Positions 10,226 through 21,102 are shown, numbered from the stretch's first letter. The stretch: 64,000 nt of DNA from Candidatus Bathyarchaeota archaeon (GCA_963826715.1 CAWGYA010000006.1:64001-128000), one strand, 5' to 3'. Made by a program: numbers and translations. Notes: a model not told the origin generated them from the letters alone.

Positions 10226-11491
10226 CTATACGTCTAAGATTTCGTTTCTTTCAGGGATATAGACATCAGTCAAACCCGAAATCTTTTCCGTCAAGAGTTC
10301 CGCCTGCTCCAAATCGCCGTGAACTAGGACCGTTTTCTTTGGTCTAAGTTTATTGACAAATTCAATAAGCTCGGTCTGATCAGCGTGCCCAGAGAGCTCA
10401 TACTGCTTAACTTCAGCCTCCACATCGAATGCTTCATCGTCGTTTTTGAAGATGTGGTCTTCCTTTGCAAGTTTCAGCGGGCTGTCAGGAGGAAGATAAC
10501 CCGAGGTTAAGATTATAGAATTGTCTTTGTTTGGTGCCCACTTTCCTAGTAGGTTAAGGCTTGCTCCAGCATGGCCAAAACCTGAAGTACATATGACAAC
10601 TGCAGGTTCATCGATTTGGCTTGTTCTATATAGATGTTTAACATGACGATAACTGAAGGGGTGTTTTTGTTGCCTAATTTTCTTAGTGAACAATGGTTTA
10701 TTCTGGTTAAAATAACCGTTTATCCGATGTGCAAGGTTAGATATTGTATAAACATTGTAACGTGGCAAAAGACCCGATTCGATAGCAGTGTCGAGTCTTT
10801 TGGCCATCTCTTGGCTTCTGTGAAACGCGAACGTTGGAATCAAAACGTTTCCCCTACGCTTCATGGTTAACCGCATCTGATCCATAAATTCGTCGATTAA
10901 CTCTTCTCGGGGGCGTCTAATTTTTCCGCCGTAGGTTGATTCTGAAATTAAAACATCAGGTTTCTTATGGAGCGTTTCGAGTTTGCAGCCCTGTAGAATC
11001 TCTGTATCATGAAGGCAGAAATCACCCGTATAAACAATCGTTTTTCCCTCAGACTGAAGAGTGGTCATTTTTGCGCCAGCAACGTGACCTGCAGCTTGAA
11101 GCTGAATATTCAAACCGGGCATTGCAACAGCATCGCGACTCCACCAACAGGCCCCTATACGTTCAGCGTGGCTGTCCTGATAGTCAAAAACGCCTTTTTC
11201 ATTTTGAATTTTTATCATGTCATATAAAAGGTCAACCGTAACATCGCGGCTAATATCTGACCCAATTATAACGGGATTATTTTTGCTTAAACTCAATAAA
11301 CTTCCAGTATGATCCAGATGCGCATGGCTAATGACAACAGCATCAAAATCCTTAGGTAACTTCTTTGCTTCACCATCAAGCTTTATGCCATAGTCTAATG
11401 CAATCTTGGCCGAGTCTGTTTCAACTGAGATGCAGGAGCCACCTACTTCTCGGGCTCCACCGAGTACTTCTATTTTCACTTTATTTTTCAT
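10226..11491 (-). CDS. beta-CASP MBL-fold ribonuclease (aCPSF2-like)
   Basis: GGAREVGGS, SHAHLDH, AGHVAG, YTGD, ESTYG, SGHAD, VHGD; no N-terminal KH domains. Confidence 0.92.
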   Translation of the reverse strand: MKNKVKIEVLGGAREVGGSCISVETDSAKIALDYGIKLDGEAKKLPKDFDAVVISHAHLDHTGSLLSLSKNNPVIIGSDISRDVTVDLLYDMIKIQNEKGVFDYQDSHAERIGACWWSRDAVAMPGLNIQLQAAGHVAGAKMTTLQSEGKTIVYTGDFCLHDTEILQGCKLETLHKKPDVLISESTYGGKIRRPREELIDEFMDQMRLTMKRRGNVLIPTFAFHRSQEMAKRLDTAIESGLLPRYNVYTISNLAHRINGYFNQNKPLFTKKIRQQKHPFSYRHVKHLYRTSQIDEPAVVICTSGFGHAGASLNLLGKWAPNKDNSIILTSGYLPPDSPLKLAKEDHIFKNDDEAFDVEAEVKQYELSGHADQTELIEFVNKLRPKKTVLVHGDLEQAELLTEKISGLTDVYIPERNEILDV

Positions 11492-11764
11492 CCGATTATC
11501 TTAAAACGTTAGTCTTCCAAAAATTGGTTAATTCCAACCCAAAGACAGGTAAACCAAAAGTGCTTACCCCTTTCCGTTTAACGCGTAAAGTACGGATGCG
11601 AGATATTAAGTTATTGACCAATCAATCCAACTTGATTCATGCAAATCGAAATTCATAGTAAAAAATAGAGTATTTAATAATGGAATTATGTAGAGTTCAA
11701 ATCAATCCGAATAATTTTTGAGTTTGCCTAAGACTTAAAAGCAGAAAATTGCTTACATGACAGC

Positions 11765-12436
11765 ATGAATAACACTGTAAAGCTATTGGCATTTGCAGTT
11801 GCTATTTTAGTAGTTTTAGCTGCCGTAGAAGCCTATATGCTTGTAGAAACAACAAAAGACGTACATCCCGTACCCATCCGAGTTGCCTGCGTCGGAGATA
11901 GCATCACAAGGGGCACCGAATACACCATAGAGCTCGGACACAAGCTAGGCAACAACTACTTAGTAGGTAACTTTGGGATAGGAGGAGCCACAGTTGACGC
12001 TGACTCAGGCAGCGGATACATCAACGAAACCGCCTTTACAGTGGCAAAGGATTTCCAGCCAAACATCGTGGTCATAATGCTGGGAACAAACGATGCGAAC
12101 CCCACACTCAACGAATCAGCTGACGCTTTTATATCGGACTACAAAAAATTAGTGGTTGCTTTCCAAGAACTCGACACCAAACCCCAAGTTTGGTTGGTTG
12201 AACCACCACCTATTTACATGAATTCCGGAAACCTCAACAATAAAGAGTTGACACAAAAGATTATCCCCAGCATCCGACAACTAGCCCAACAAATGAACCT
12301 GCCCATTATTGACGTTAATTCGCCACTTTTAGGGCATCAGGATTACTTTATCGATGGAATCCATCCTAAGGTTAATGGCGCAAGAATAATCGCGGAAACA
12401 ATCTATTCGGCTATAATTACAACCGAACATAGATAG
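11765..12436 (+). CDS. Membrane-anchored SGNH/GDSL hydrolase
   Basis: GDSIT, LGTND, DGIHP; N-terminal TM. Confidence 0.92.
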   Translation: MNNTVKLLAFAVAILVVLAAVEAYMLVETTKDVHPVPIRVACVGDSITRGTEYTIELGHKLGNNYLVGNFGIGGATVDADSGSGYINETAFTVAKDFQPNIVVIMLGTNDANPTLNESADAFISDYKKLVVAFQELDTKPQVWLVEPPPIYMNSGNLNNKELTQKIIPSIRQLAQQMNLPIIDVNSPLLGHQDYFIDGIHPKVNGARIIAETIYSAIITTEHR

Positions 12437-12486
12437 AACTCCGACATTAACGCTTTTAACTTGATAAAGCAATATTTAGAATAAAG

Positions 12487-13149
12487 ATGAAAAATAAAGT
12501 TAAGCTGCTCATAATAGCAGCTCTCGTATTAATTGTAATTACAGGAGCCTTCCTCATTCAAACTATTAACAACTCCCCAAACTCAGTTGCACCCATTAAG
12601 GTCGCATGCATCGGCGACAGTTTAACTGAGGGCTCCAATTATCCAGAGGATCTCTGGATACTTCTTGGAGCTAATTATACTGTGGGCAATTTTGGGTATA
12701 GCGGAACAAGTGTTTCTCTACACGCACCAACGCCCTACATGAGTGAAGGGGTCTTCCAAGAAGCGCTTAAGTTTGAGCCAACTATTGTCATAATTATGCT
12801 TGGCACTAACGACGCCCTACCCAGCCTCAAGAATTATAGCGAATTATTTGTCGATGACTATCTAACCCTCATCACAAGGCTTAAGACCCTTGAAAGCGAA
12901 CCCAAAATTTGGTTGGTGCTACCACCCCCCATTTGGCATAACGGCACAGGACTGAGCACCGAATTTCTTGAGCAGCAAATAATCCCCGGTGTCAAACAAG
13001 TTGCCGAGAAAGCACAACTTCCCACGATTGATGTTTACTCAGCGCTACTCAGTCATCCCGATTTCTTTCCATATGATGGCGTTCATCCAACAGAGGAGGG
13101 AGCTCAATTTATTGCCAACGAAATATACAAGGCAATAAGCGGAAAGTAA
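12487..13149 (+). CDS. Membrane-anchored SGNH/GDSL hydrolase (tandem paralog)
   Basis: GDSLT, LGTND, DGVHP; N-terminal TM. Confidence 0.92.
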   Translation: MKNKVKLLIIAALVLIVITGAFLIQTINNSPNSVAPIKVACIGDSLTEGSNYPEDLWILLGANYTVGNFGYSGTSVSLHAPTPYMSEGVFQEALKFEPTIVIIMLGTNDALPSLKNYSELFVDDYLTLITRLKTLESEPKIWLVLPPPIWHNGTGLSTEFLEQQIIPGVKQVAEKAQLPTIDVYSALLSHPDFFPYDGVHPTEEGAQFIANEIYKAISGK

Positions 13150-13165
13150 AGAAATATTGCGATTT

Positions 13166-13903
13166 TTATGTTTCAGTGTCTTTGCATACTTTGTCCTTGT
13201 AGGGTGTGCTCAGCACTTCTTTGACACGATTGGTTATTACAGGTCCCAACCCATGCACAGAGCTCTCCCAATCAGCTACGTTAATCAAAGCGTTGAGTGG
13301 TGTCTGATAAGATTCTAAAATGGCAATGGCTTTCTCGCGTCCAATGCTAGGTAAACTGGCAACAAAATACACCTGTGCATCCGAGAGGGTATCACATTTC
13401 TTAAACGCATGAACCACTGCACTCCGCTTTTCTACAATTTGCTCCTGTCGCGCTGCAGTATAGAGAAAATCCACAGTTTCTTTTTGACTAGCAGTGTTAA
13501 CGATTGCGATACCGTTTTTGGCGAGATTAAACATGGCCCCCCAAACAGAAGCGGGCGATATGCTACTGTACTTATAGATAATTGGTAGGTACCCCTCTAG
13601 AACTATGAGAGATTTGGGGTAGACATCTTTTAGACGGAAAAGCTGTTCGAAAAGGTAACGCCGAGTCAGCGTATAAACAAAATCATTAACAGTTTTACGT
13701 TCCACGGCGCATTGGTCACTTAGGATATAGTCACCCTTTTCCAGCATCTCGGTCTTTACAGTTACACCGCGCTCAACTAGACCCGCCACAATTTTTTTAG
13801 CACTGCTAGCTTCACGGCTATCCACTATGATTGTGGGCTCTTCACCCTTTCTCTTGTTTTGAATAAAGGGCACAAGCGTTTCTGTTCCAGACATAGATTC
13901 CAC
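13166..13903 (-). CDS. xpf: Short XPF/ERCC4 endonuclease
   Basis: VDSRE, GDY, VERKT..D, C-terminal HhH2. Confidence 0.88.
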   Translation of the reverse strand: MESMSGTETLVPFIQNKRKGEEPTIIVDSREASSAKKIVAGLVERGVTVKTEMLEKGDYILSDQCAVERKTVNDFVYTLTRRYLFEQLFRLKDVYPKSLIVLEGYLPIIYKYSSISPASVWGAMFNLAKNGIAIVNTASQKETVDFLYTAARQEQIVEKRSAVVHAFKKCDTLSDAQVYFVASLPSIGREKAIAILESYQTPLNALINVADWESSVHGLGPVITNRVKEVLSTPYKDKVCKDTET

Positions 13904-14301
13904 TATGCTTAGGTAACCAGAATTTGAGACTTATTTTACTATCGGCTATAAAACGAACTTTAAAAAAAACTAGCCACGACAAAAATAAAGCAGATATGGA
14001 AATGGAAGATAAAAACTCTAATTTGTAGTGAAGTAAGTGAAGTTTTGTGCTACTGTACACCGAACTTCAAAAGTCACAGCTTCAAGTAAACCATATTTAG
14101 AGAAATATCCTTGCTTAGGAATTTCTTTTTGGGCAGGTCAACTTTGCTATAGAGGTAATCCAACTGCCATACAATGGGATACATACAAAAATCAAAAACT
14201 GATACACGAAAACGTAACAAACGAATCACAAAAACAATAACATATGAGAATTATCTAAGATTTAAATTTACTAAAAATAAAAATAAAATTGAAAAGGGGT
14301 T

Positions 14302-15606
14302 TTATTGACCCTTTTTGGTAATTTCTTTAATTGCGCCTGCTGCGACGGTGGTGCCCATGTCTCGGATTGCGAATCTGCCGAGTTCTGGGAAGTCATTGAA
14401 TGTTTCGACGGCGATTGGGTGTAGTGGTTCCATTCGTACCCAAGCTGCATCTCCTGTTTTGAGGTAGCTGGGGTGTTCTTCGGATACTTGACCAGTTCTC
14501 GGGTCAATTTTCTTTATGAGTTCGATGAATCTGCATGCGATTTGTCCTGTGTGGTAGTGTAGTACTGGTGTATAGCCTGCTGCGATTGCTGTTGGGTGGT
14601 AGATTACGATAATTTGCCCAATGAATTCTTTGGCGACTGTTGGGGGGTTGTCAACTGGACCTGCGACATCTCCGCGGTGAACATCGTTCTTTGATATGCC
14701 TCGGACGTTCATACCGATGTTGTCTCCTGGTTCTGCTTGTGGGATAGTTGTGTGGTGCATTTCAATTGATTTGACTTCAGCAGTTTTGTTTGATGGCATA
14801 AAGACTATGCTTTGACCTGGTTTGAGAATACCTGTTTCAACTCTGCCTACTGGAACTGTACCGATACCGGTGATGCTGTAGATATCTTGAACTGGAACGC
14901 GGAGGGGTTTGTTTGTTGGTTTCGCTGGGAGCTCAAGGAGGTCGAATGCTTCCATCAGGGTTGGACCAGTGTACCATGGCATTTTCTCGCTCTTGGTGAG
15001 CAAGTTATCGCCTGTCCAGCCTGAGACGGGGATAAAGTGAACTTTCTCAATCTTGTATCCGACCATTCGGAGCATTCTGGAGATTTCGTTTTTCATTTCG
15101 TCATAACGATCTTTGCTCCAGTTAACAGAGGCATCGTCCATCTTGTTGATGGCAACGATTAGCTGGCGTATACCTAAAGTGAAAGCTAAGAATGCGTGTT
15201 CACGAGTTTGACCGCCTGCACCAATTCCTGCTTCGAACTCGCCTTTCTTGGCTGAGCTGAAAAGGACTGCTGCATCGGCTTGGCTTGCGCCGGTAATCAT
15301 GTTTTTGATAAAGTCTCTGTGTCCGGGGGCATCGATGACGGTCATGTTATATTTCTTGGTTGGGAACTGGAGGAATCGGAGGTCGATGGTGACACCTCGT
15401 TCTCGTTCTTCCTTTAGGTTGTCTAGAACCCATGCAAAGTGGAATGTTGTTTTGCCCATGCTTTCGGCTTCTGCTTTGTAAGCATCAATTGTTCGCTGGT
15501 CAATTACGCCTGCTAGATATAGTAAGTGTCCTGTGGTTGTTGATTTGCCGTTGTCAACGTGCCCCATAATGATAATATTTAAGTGGGGTTTTTCGGATTT
15601 GCTCAT
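14302..15606 (-). CDS. tuf: Elongation factor 1-alpha
   Basis: [40 protein letters not shown]. Confidence 0.98.
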   Translation of the reverse strand: MSKSEKPHLNIIIMGHVDNGKSTTTGHLLYLAGVIDQRTIDAYKAEAESMGKTTFHFAWVLDNLKEERERGVTIDLRFLQFPTKKYNMTVIDAPGHRDFIKNMITGASQADAAVLFSSAKKGEFEAGIGAGGQTREHAFLAFTLGIRQLIVAINKMDDASVNWSKDRYDEMKNEISRMLRMVGYKIEKVHFIPVSGWTGDNLLTKSEKMPWYTGPTLMEAFDLLELPAKPTNKPLRVPVQDIYSITGIGTVPVGRVETGILKPGQSIVFMPSNKTAEVKSIEMHHTTIPQAEPGDNIGMNVRGISKNDVHRGDVAGPVDNPPTVAKEFIGQIIVIYHPTAIAAGYTPVLHYHTGQIACRFIELIKKIDPRTGQVSEEHPSYLKTGDAAWVRMEPLHPIAVETFNDFPELGRFAIRDMGTTVAAGAIKEITKKGQ

Positions 15607-15761
15607 TTTAATTCCTTCTATTATTCTATCTAAATTTTGAAATTCGTTAACACATCAGTCCTCCAATTATTAAAAGCTTATGATAACAGCTGAGCATGGG
15701 GCATGACTAAAAATCCCAACTTAAGCTTGCACTTTAAACAAAGTTAGAACATAGGGTAACA

Positions 15762-16625
15762 CTACCTGCGTTCGATGAGCTCGATTAGGGTTCCATCTGG
15801 GTCTTCCACGAAAGCAATTGTAGTGTTTTCGTTAAATTTTCGAGGTTCATCGGTTATGGTAACATCTGCTTTCGTCATAGCTAAAATTGTTTTATTGATA
15901 TCAGCAACCTCGAAGCCTAAATGGTCGAACAAGCGCTGCTCGTATTTAGCTTGTAGAAACTCTTTTTGATTTCTGTATTGGGTTAATTCGAGTGTGCAAC
16001 CTTTGCCCTTTGGGTCTTGCAAGAAAACTATTTCGGCATTGGTCTGCTCAATTACGTGACGCCCCTGGATTTTTAAGCCGAAGTAAATGCTATAGAAATC
16101 AATAGATCGCTGCATATTGCTTGTTCGAATACTTGCATGAACAAAAGCACCAAAAAAATCATTATCACAGCCGCTACTATGAGAGGCATTATTTTTTTTC
16201 TTCAAGCCCTTACACACTTGCTCATCCAACTCCAGATTAACAAGTTCATCCGCGCGTTGAATCTTAGGGTGCGTTCGCCGAACATTAACGAAACTAACTT
16301 TGCTAAAGCAGCTCAACAAGCTTCGGACTTGCATTTTGAGCTTTGCCAACTCTGTATTTTTTACAGCGTATTGCCCGTTAAGCTGCTTGACTACTAATTC
16401 GCTATCTAAGTGACAAATGAGTTCCTGTGTTTTTTGGTCAACGGCAAATCGTAGGGCTAGGAGAAGCGCTTCATATTCGGCTTGGTTATTGGTGCGAATA
16501 CCCAAAAAACGTGAGTCTTCCTTAACCAAGGCACCATTTGCATTTGTTGCTATGAAGCCAATAGCTGCTGGTCCAGGGTTGCCTCTCGCGCCGCCGTCGC
16601 TGTAAATCATAAGACACTGACTCAA
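15762..16625 (-). CDS. RNase HI fused to VOC/glyoxalase domain
   Basis: YSDGGARGNPG, TNNQAEY, DSE, ADEL, then HASIR..LELT..DHLGF..DPDG..IELIE; GAGGTGA RBS before TTG 16625. Confidence 0.85.
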   Translation of the reverse strand: MSQCLMIYSDGGARGNPGPAAIGFIATNANGALVKEDSRFLGIRTNNQAEYEALLLALRFAVDQKTQELICHLDSELVVKQLNGQYAVKNTELAKLKMQVRSLLSCFSKVSFVNVRRTHPKIQRADELVNLELDEQVCKGLKKKNNASHSSGCDNDFFGAFVHASIRTSNMQRSIDFYSIYFGLKIQGRHVIEQTNAEIVFLQDPKGKGCTLELTQYRNQKEFLQAKYEQRLFDHLGFEVADINKTILAMTKADVTITDEPRKFNENTTIAFVEDPDGTLIELIERR

Positions 16626-16784
16626 CAAATCACCTCTCAAACTATCAGCTACGAGGTTATTTAAACTGTTAAGCAATCCTCGGATAGTTAATTTTGCAGA
16701 GTTAATTAATAAGGATAAGAAATCAAATAAACCCAAGAATAACTGCCGCTTCTTTGAGTTATTCACAAAATTAAAATGGACAAG

Positions 16785-17008
16785 TTACGTAGTAGCTGTC
16801 AAGTGTTTTTGCCAAGCGGTTTTTAACTCCAAAACAAACCCTTCTTCATCCTCAGTAAGGCGCTTTCTGATTTGGCGCCAGACAGGGGGCAGTCGCCATC
16901 ACCCAATATTCCTTTTATGATCATGTTAAGTTCCCTTTTATTTTCTTTAGTGACTTCTATCTCGGCCTTTGCAAATACGCCATTTAGGTGACGAAAATAA
17001 CAAGTCAT
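16785..17008 (-). pseudogene. Small conserved protein (MTCYFRH..), frameshifted
   Basis: Shift at the C/G run near 16888 restores WRQIRKRLTEDEEGFVLEL. Confidence 0.6.
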
Positions 17009-17116
17009 AGTTTAACCTCAAGTAACTATTTGGATTGAAGGTTAGTAAATTTATTGCCATTCCAAAATGCAAACGTCTAATTAGCAAATACTAAATAATC
17101 GCTAAACGATAACCGC

Positions 17117-17536
17117 ATGGGGAAAAGTTTGAGCAAACCCACGCCGCCGACCTTTAGGGGCAGAAGCATAGGAATTGTTGCCTTGACGACTGGGCAACTA
17201 CTCATCGGCATCATCCATGCCTTTTTCGGAGGATTGCTATTAGTTTCAGAAAATTTTTTGGCGCTTCCCACAACCGTAGCTTATGATATCTACACTCTGG
17301 TTTATGGTTTATTAGTGATAGTTTTCGCCGCTTATTTCTGGGCAGGCAGAACTGCTGGGTGGGTTGGCACAATTGCGGTTTCGATATTTGTTATCACCGC
17401 TGATTCATTGACCCTTCTGGATTTACCCAGTATACCGGGTATTCCCAAACTGCCTGGATTCGCTGAGATAAGCTACAGCCTTCTGTTGCTTACGTACTTG
17501 CTTTTGCCGAAAGTCAAAAAGAAATATTTTAAGTAG
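17117..17536 (+). CDS. Membrane protein
   Basis: 4 TM stretches. Confidence 0.75.
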   Translation: MGKSLSKPTPPTFRGRSIGIVALTTGQLLIGIIHAFFGGLLLVSENFLALPTTVAYDIYTLVYGLLVIVFAAYFWAGRTAGWVGTIAVSIFVITADSLTLLDLPSIPGIPKLPGFAEISYSLLLLTYLLLPKVKKKYFK

Positions 17537-17541
17537 CTACT

Positions 17542-18216
17542 TTATCGGAGGCTAGCATCATTGGGGTACCCACGGCTTTCCCAGAAGCCAAGATAGTTCG
17601 GGTTGTCGGTTAACTCGATATTTGTTATCCACTTTATCCATTTGTATCCATACTGACTCTCCGATACCAATTGGAAGGGAAAACCACGCTCAGGTGGCAG
17701 TACCAGCCCGTTCATTTTGTAAGCTATAATGATGTGGTGGCTGGTTAAGTAGTCAAGCGGAAGCTCAGTGGAGTAGCCATCGTATGCATAAAAGATGACG
17801 CCTACCGTGTTGGGGTCTATTCCCGCATCATTTAACAAATCCGTTACAAGAAAACCTTCCCAGAGAATCGTAACTGACCAACCTTCTACACAATGCAATG
17901 TGGTAACTTTTTGATAGCTTTGGAATTTAGTTAAAACCTCATTGTAAGTGTATTCGATGGTTCTATTCACTAACCCTGTGATTTTTAAGCTATATGTGGA
18001 TTCGTTAATGTGCTGTGGTCCTTTAATGGAGTTCTCTCTAAAATCAGCAATGGATGAAAGGTTTACTCCCTGATAATCACGGATTTCTCCTGGGTAGAGC
18101 ATCATGGGAGAATTCTGCTGCGAATAGTAGGCTCCTATAGCAACTATCACTAAGAGCATGATAACAAAGGAAGCCGCAGCAATCTGAACCGCGCGCTTCC
18201 TTTTTGTTTTCTCCAT
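17542..18216 (-). CDS. Sulfite oxidase-family molybdopterin oxidoreductase (YuiH/MsrP-like)
   Basis: LHCVEGWS, GYST, LPPERGFP, YGYKWIKW, GFWESRGY. Confidence 0.9.
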   Translation of the reverse strand: MEKTKRKRAVQIAAASFVIMLLVIVAIGAYYSQQNSPMMLYPGEIRDYQGVNLSSIADFRENSIKGPQHINESTYSLKITGLVNRTIEYTYNEVLTKFQSYQKVTTLHCVEGWSVTILWEGFLVTDLLNDAGIDPNTVGVIFYAYDGYSTELPLDYLTSHHIIIAYKMNGLVLPPERGFPFQLVSESQYGYKWIKWITNIELTDNPNYLGFWESRGYPNDASLR

Positions 18217-18327
18217 TATCCTCAAAAACAAACAGTAAACGCAGGCTTTAAAGATGCCTATTAAGTCACAAAACAAAAGCCTGAAAATTTTGAGCAGAAA
18301 AAGCGCGCTTACTTTAGCAGTTTGTCG

Positions 18328-18741
18328 TTAACGAGTAGACTTCTGTCGCGACGTCACTAAATATGTGGGAAGGCTTTCGATGCACTGCACATCCCGACCA
18401 ATTAATCCGTACAACTCACGCCACACTCTAACATTCACTTTCACTTTGCAACGTTCCAGATTCTGCTGTAAGCACTTTGTTCCTTCCTGACCTCGCCTGT
18501 CATAGTCAAGTAATAAAACAACTTCGTCAACATCAAGCGCCTCTATTTGCGCGATGGCTTGCAAAAATGATTTGCCACCTGTTTTCAAAGTAAGAATTGT
18601 TCCGATGACGCCCAATTCAGCAAGTGCCTGGGCATCTTTTTTGCCCTCCACTACAACGGGTTTACCTCTAGCTACCTCAGCTGCCAGTTTAGCTATGATT
18701 TCTTGGATTTTCTCTAAGCGTTCTTGCAAATGTGTGGACAA
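18328..18741 (-). CDS. Small Toprim-domain protein
   Basis: VVEGKKD, LLDYDRRG. Confidence 0.88.
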   Translation of the reverse strand: MSTHLQERLEKIQEIIAKLAAEVARGKPVVVEGKKDAQALAELGVIGTILTLKTGGKSFLQAIAQIEALDVDEVVLLLDYDRRGQEGTKCLQQNLERCKVKVNVRVWRELYGLIGRDVQCIESLPTYLVTSRQKSTR

Positions 18742-18746
18742 AGCAG

Positions 18747-19835
18747 CTACCTTGTGATTTTGGCCTGCTGCACCGTTTCAAGGCAGTTTTTGGCTTCTTT
18801 GTTGTTAGCGAAGTAACGGCGTACAGGTTCAAGGATGTTGCCAAGTTCAGTCGCTACACCATTTTTGAGGTCCATTGGATGTAGTTTACCCTCGCTATAA
18901 TCGGTTTCAAGCTGCTGGAAGCTTTCGAATTGGATGTTTCCGCCGAATTTTGCAGGCCGTTCAATGGTTAAGGCGTTTCTCTCTCGGAAAATAATGTATT
19001 TGCAGACATCCATTATTGGATTGTATTTGACTGTTTTATCTGGACAGAACGCTTTTGACATTTTCTGCTTGATTTCCTCGGGAGAGTCGTATATGAATAT
19101 GCAAGTGTCAGGTTTACTCTTGGACATCTTCGCTGAAGCAACAGCTTCTTTTTCCTGTCCTTCAGGAATCGGCCATAAACTGGGCTTTGCTAGTCCCTGC
19201 AATAAGTGATGATGAATGCAAACAGGTTTCCAATAACCGATTTTTTCACCTATCTCGCGGGCAACCATGTTTGCTTTCCTTTGATCCATGCCAAGCTGGC
19301 ACATTTTAACGTTCATCTCAAAAATGTCGGCTACCTGCATGGGGGTATAGAGATAGTCGCTGACATAGTGAGCTTCTCCTTCCTTGCGCCCAGCGATTTC
19401 CAGGGTGCGTGTTGTTCGTTTAATAGTGAGTTCTTTTGCGATTTTTACGGTTTTAGCCCAATAGTCGATGTCATTGTAGAGTTCATCGCTATAAATGAAT
19501 TCAATTTTGTCGCCTGGTACTCCGAGTGCGAGCCAGCTGTGGCGGAAAAGGTCTGCGGCTTTGCGGATAAGTTCCTGGTCGCCGCCGAGCTTGTTGTTAA
19601 GCCATGCATGCCACGTAGCCAAAAAAGCTTTGAAGTGAATGCCGGCTTCGGCGAAGTCCTTCATTTTGTAAGCGCAGATAACGCCTGTACCAAGGTGTGC
19701 AAGTCCTGAAGGTTCCCACCCGTTGTAGGCGATTGGTTGCTCCTCGGCTTCAAGGAGGGCACGGAGGTCCTCTATGGTTACGATTTCTTCGGTTGGCGGT
19801 CTGCAGATGAGTTCGATTTTTTTCTCAATATCCAC
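18747..19835 (-). CDS. tyrS: Tyrosine--tRNA ligase
   Basis: YNGWEPSG..HLG, MQVADI, GMDQRK, KMSKS, LHPMDLK. Confidence 0.96.
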   Translation of the reverse strand: MDIEKKIELICRPPTEEIVTIEDLRALLEAEEQPIAYNGWEPSGLAHLGTGVICAYKMKDFAEAGIHFKAFLATWHAWLNNKLGGDQELIRKAADLFRHSWLALGVPGDKIEFIYSDELYNDIDYWAKTVKIAKELTIKRTTRTLEIAGRKEGEAHYVSDYLYTPMQVADIFEMNVKMCQLGMDQRKANMVAREIGEKIGYWKPVCIHHHLLQGLAKPSLWPIPEGQEKEAVASAKMSKSKPDTCIFIYDSPEEIKQKMSKAFCPDKTVKYNPIMDVCKYIIFRERNALTIERPAKFGGNIQFESFQQLETDYSEGKLHPMDLKNGVATELGNILEPVRRYFANNKEAKNCLETVQQAKITR

Positions 19836-19919
19836 GTAGTTCCAGCTCTCTCAAAGTAGCTATAAATGATTTGGGAATTTAAGAATTTACTTGATGAAGA
19901 AAATATTTTACGGGCGGTT

Positions 19920-20120
19920 TGTCTCCCGACGTAACCTAACACTTCACCTCACAGCTAAGCGTCGCTATAAGCTTGGTGAAGCTCTCTCGGCGCGGGAATT
20001 TATGCCCGAGTCTCCCTGTACCATAATTGGGTAGAACTCGCAGGTCACTGGTGCAAGATTTGTGTTTCTTGCGTTCCTCGGTTGAGTCCGTCGTTATGGA
20101 TGCTCAAATATTGGGAGACA
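19920..20120 (-). ncRNA. Putative unannotated structured RNA (about 200 nt)
   Basis: Paired ends TGTCTCCC/GGGAGACA enclosing several hairpins; G-U pairs favour the minus strand. Confidence 0.55.
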
Positions 20121-20454
20121 TCTACAAGAGAGAAGTAGCTGAATTTATGTTTACTTCCTTCTTTAAGGGATTTTAACGCCATTGAACGCTAAATTTAGGT
20201 AAATTGAGTTTGAGAAAATAAAAACTTAGAAAATTTGATTCACTCTTCAATTAAATTGTTTTTTAAATAAGTTTTATACGCAACTGTAAATTCAAAACCT
20301 TCTAAGCCGTTTCTTAGAAGGCCCTCTCTATTGTAAACCTCCAAAAAATCGCCGCTAAAGACAACTTTAACCAAGGGATTATTGATTAGTTAAAGTTAAG
20401 TCATTTGTAAAGTAACACAGTATATGCCTCAAAAATTTGAAGAGTTAATAAAAT

Positions 20455-21018
20455 ATGGATATTGGCAAAACAGTTTATTTTAGTGACCGCCAAAGTTGGC
20501 GTAATTGGCTTGCGCAACATTACAATAAGGAAAAAGAAATTTGGTTAGTTTACCCCAAAAAGTCAAGTGGCAAACCGCGCATAGTCTACAATGATGCAGT
20601 TGAGGAGGCCTTGTGTTTTGGCTGGATTGACAGCACAACAAAAAGAATAGATGAAAATAGTTATGCTCAACGATTCTCACCGAGAAATCCTAAAAGCACC
20701 TATTCTGAAACCAACAAGCAAAGGTTAAGAAAACTTGTCGCGGAAGGCAAAGTTATACCCTCAGTGCAAGCAGCAATCAAAGATTTTCTGGAGGAAGAGT
20801 TTGTGATGCCAATGGATATTTTGGAAGCAGTTAAAGCAAATAAACAGGCATGGGAGAACTTCCAGAAATTCTCGTTTTCATACAAAAGAATCCGCGTAGC
20901 TTACATTGAGGGTGCTAGAAACAGACCAAACGAGTTCAAGAAACGATTAGAGAACTTCATTAAAATGACTGAGAAAAACAAGCAATTTGGCTTCGGAGGA
21001 ATTGAAAAATATTACTAG
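20455..21018 (+). CDS. YdeI/OmpD-associated family protein
   Basis: WRNWL, ALCFGWIDS, FSPR, C-terminal OmdA-like domain. Confidence 0.9.
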   Translation: MDIGKTVYFSDRQSWRNWLAQHYNKEKEIWLVYPKKSSGKPRIVYNDAVEEALCFGWIDSTTKRIDENSYAQRFSPRNPKSTYSETNKQRLRKLVAEGKVIPSVQAAIKDFLEEEFVMPMDILEAVKANKQAWENFQKFSFSYKRIRVAYIEGARNRPNEFKKRLENFIKMTEKNKQFGFGGIEKYY

Positions 21019-21028
21019 ATTATCGGAG

Positions 21029-21102
21029 GGCCGGGGCCGAGATTTGAACTCGGGCGAAAGGCTCCACAGGCCTCTATGCTGCCAAGCTACATCACCCCGG
21101 CC
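21029..21102 (-). tRNA. tRNA-His(GTG)
   Basis: Cloverleaf; anticodon arm GAGGC-CT-GTG-GA-GCCTT; encoded G-1 and C73. Confidence 0.96.

Noticed and set aside
9924-10262. 112-aa Lys/Ile-rich ORF
   Set aside because: AT-rich intergenic composition, no motif, overlaps the beta-CASP gene end
19920-20120. RNase P RNA, FMN riboswitch or canonical T-box
   Set aside because: GAGGAAC lacks the P4 bulged U and the ACAGAA partner; FMN and T-box consensus blocks are missing or out of order
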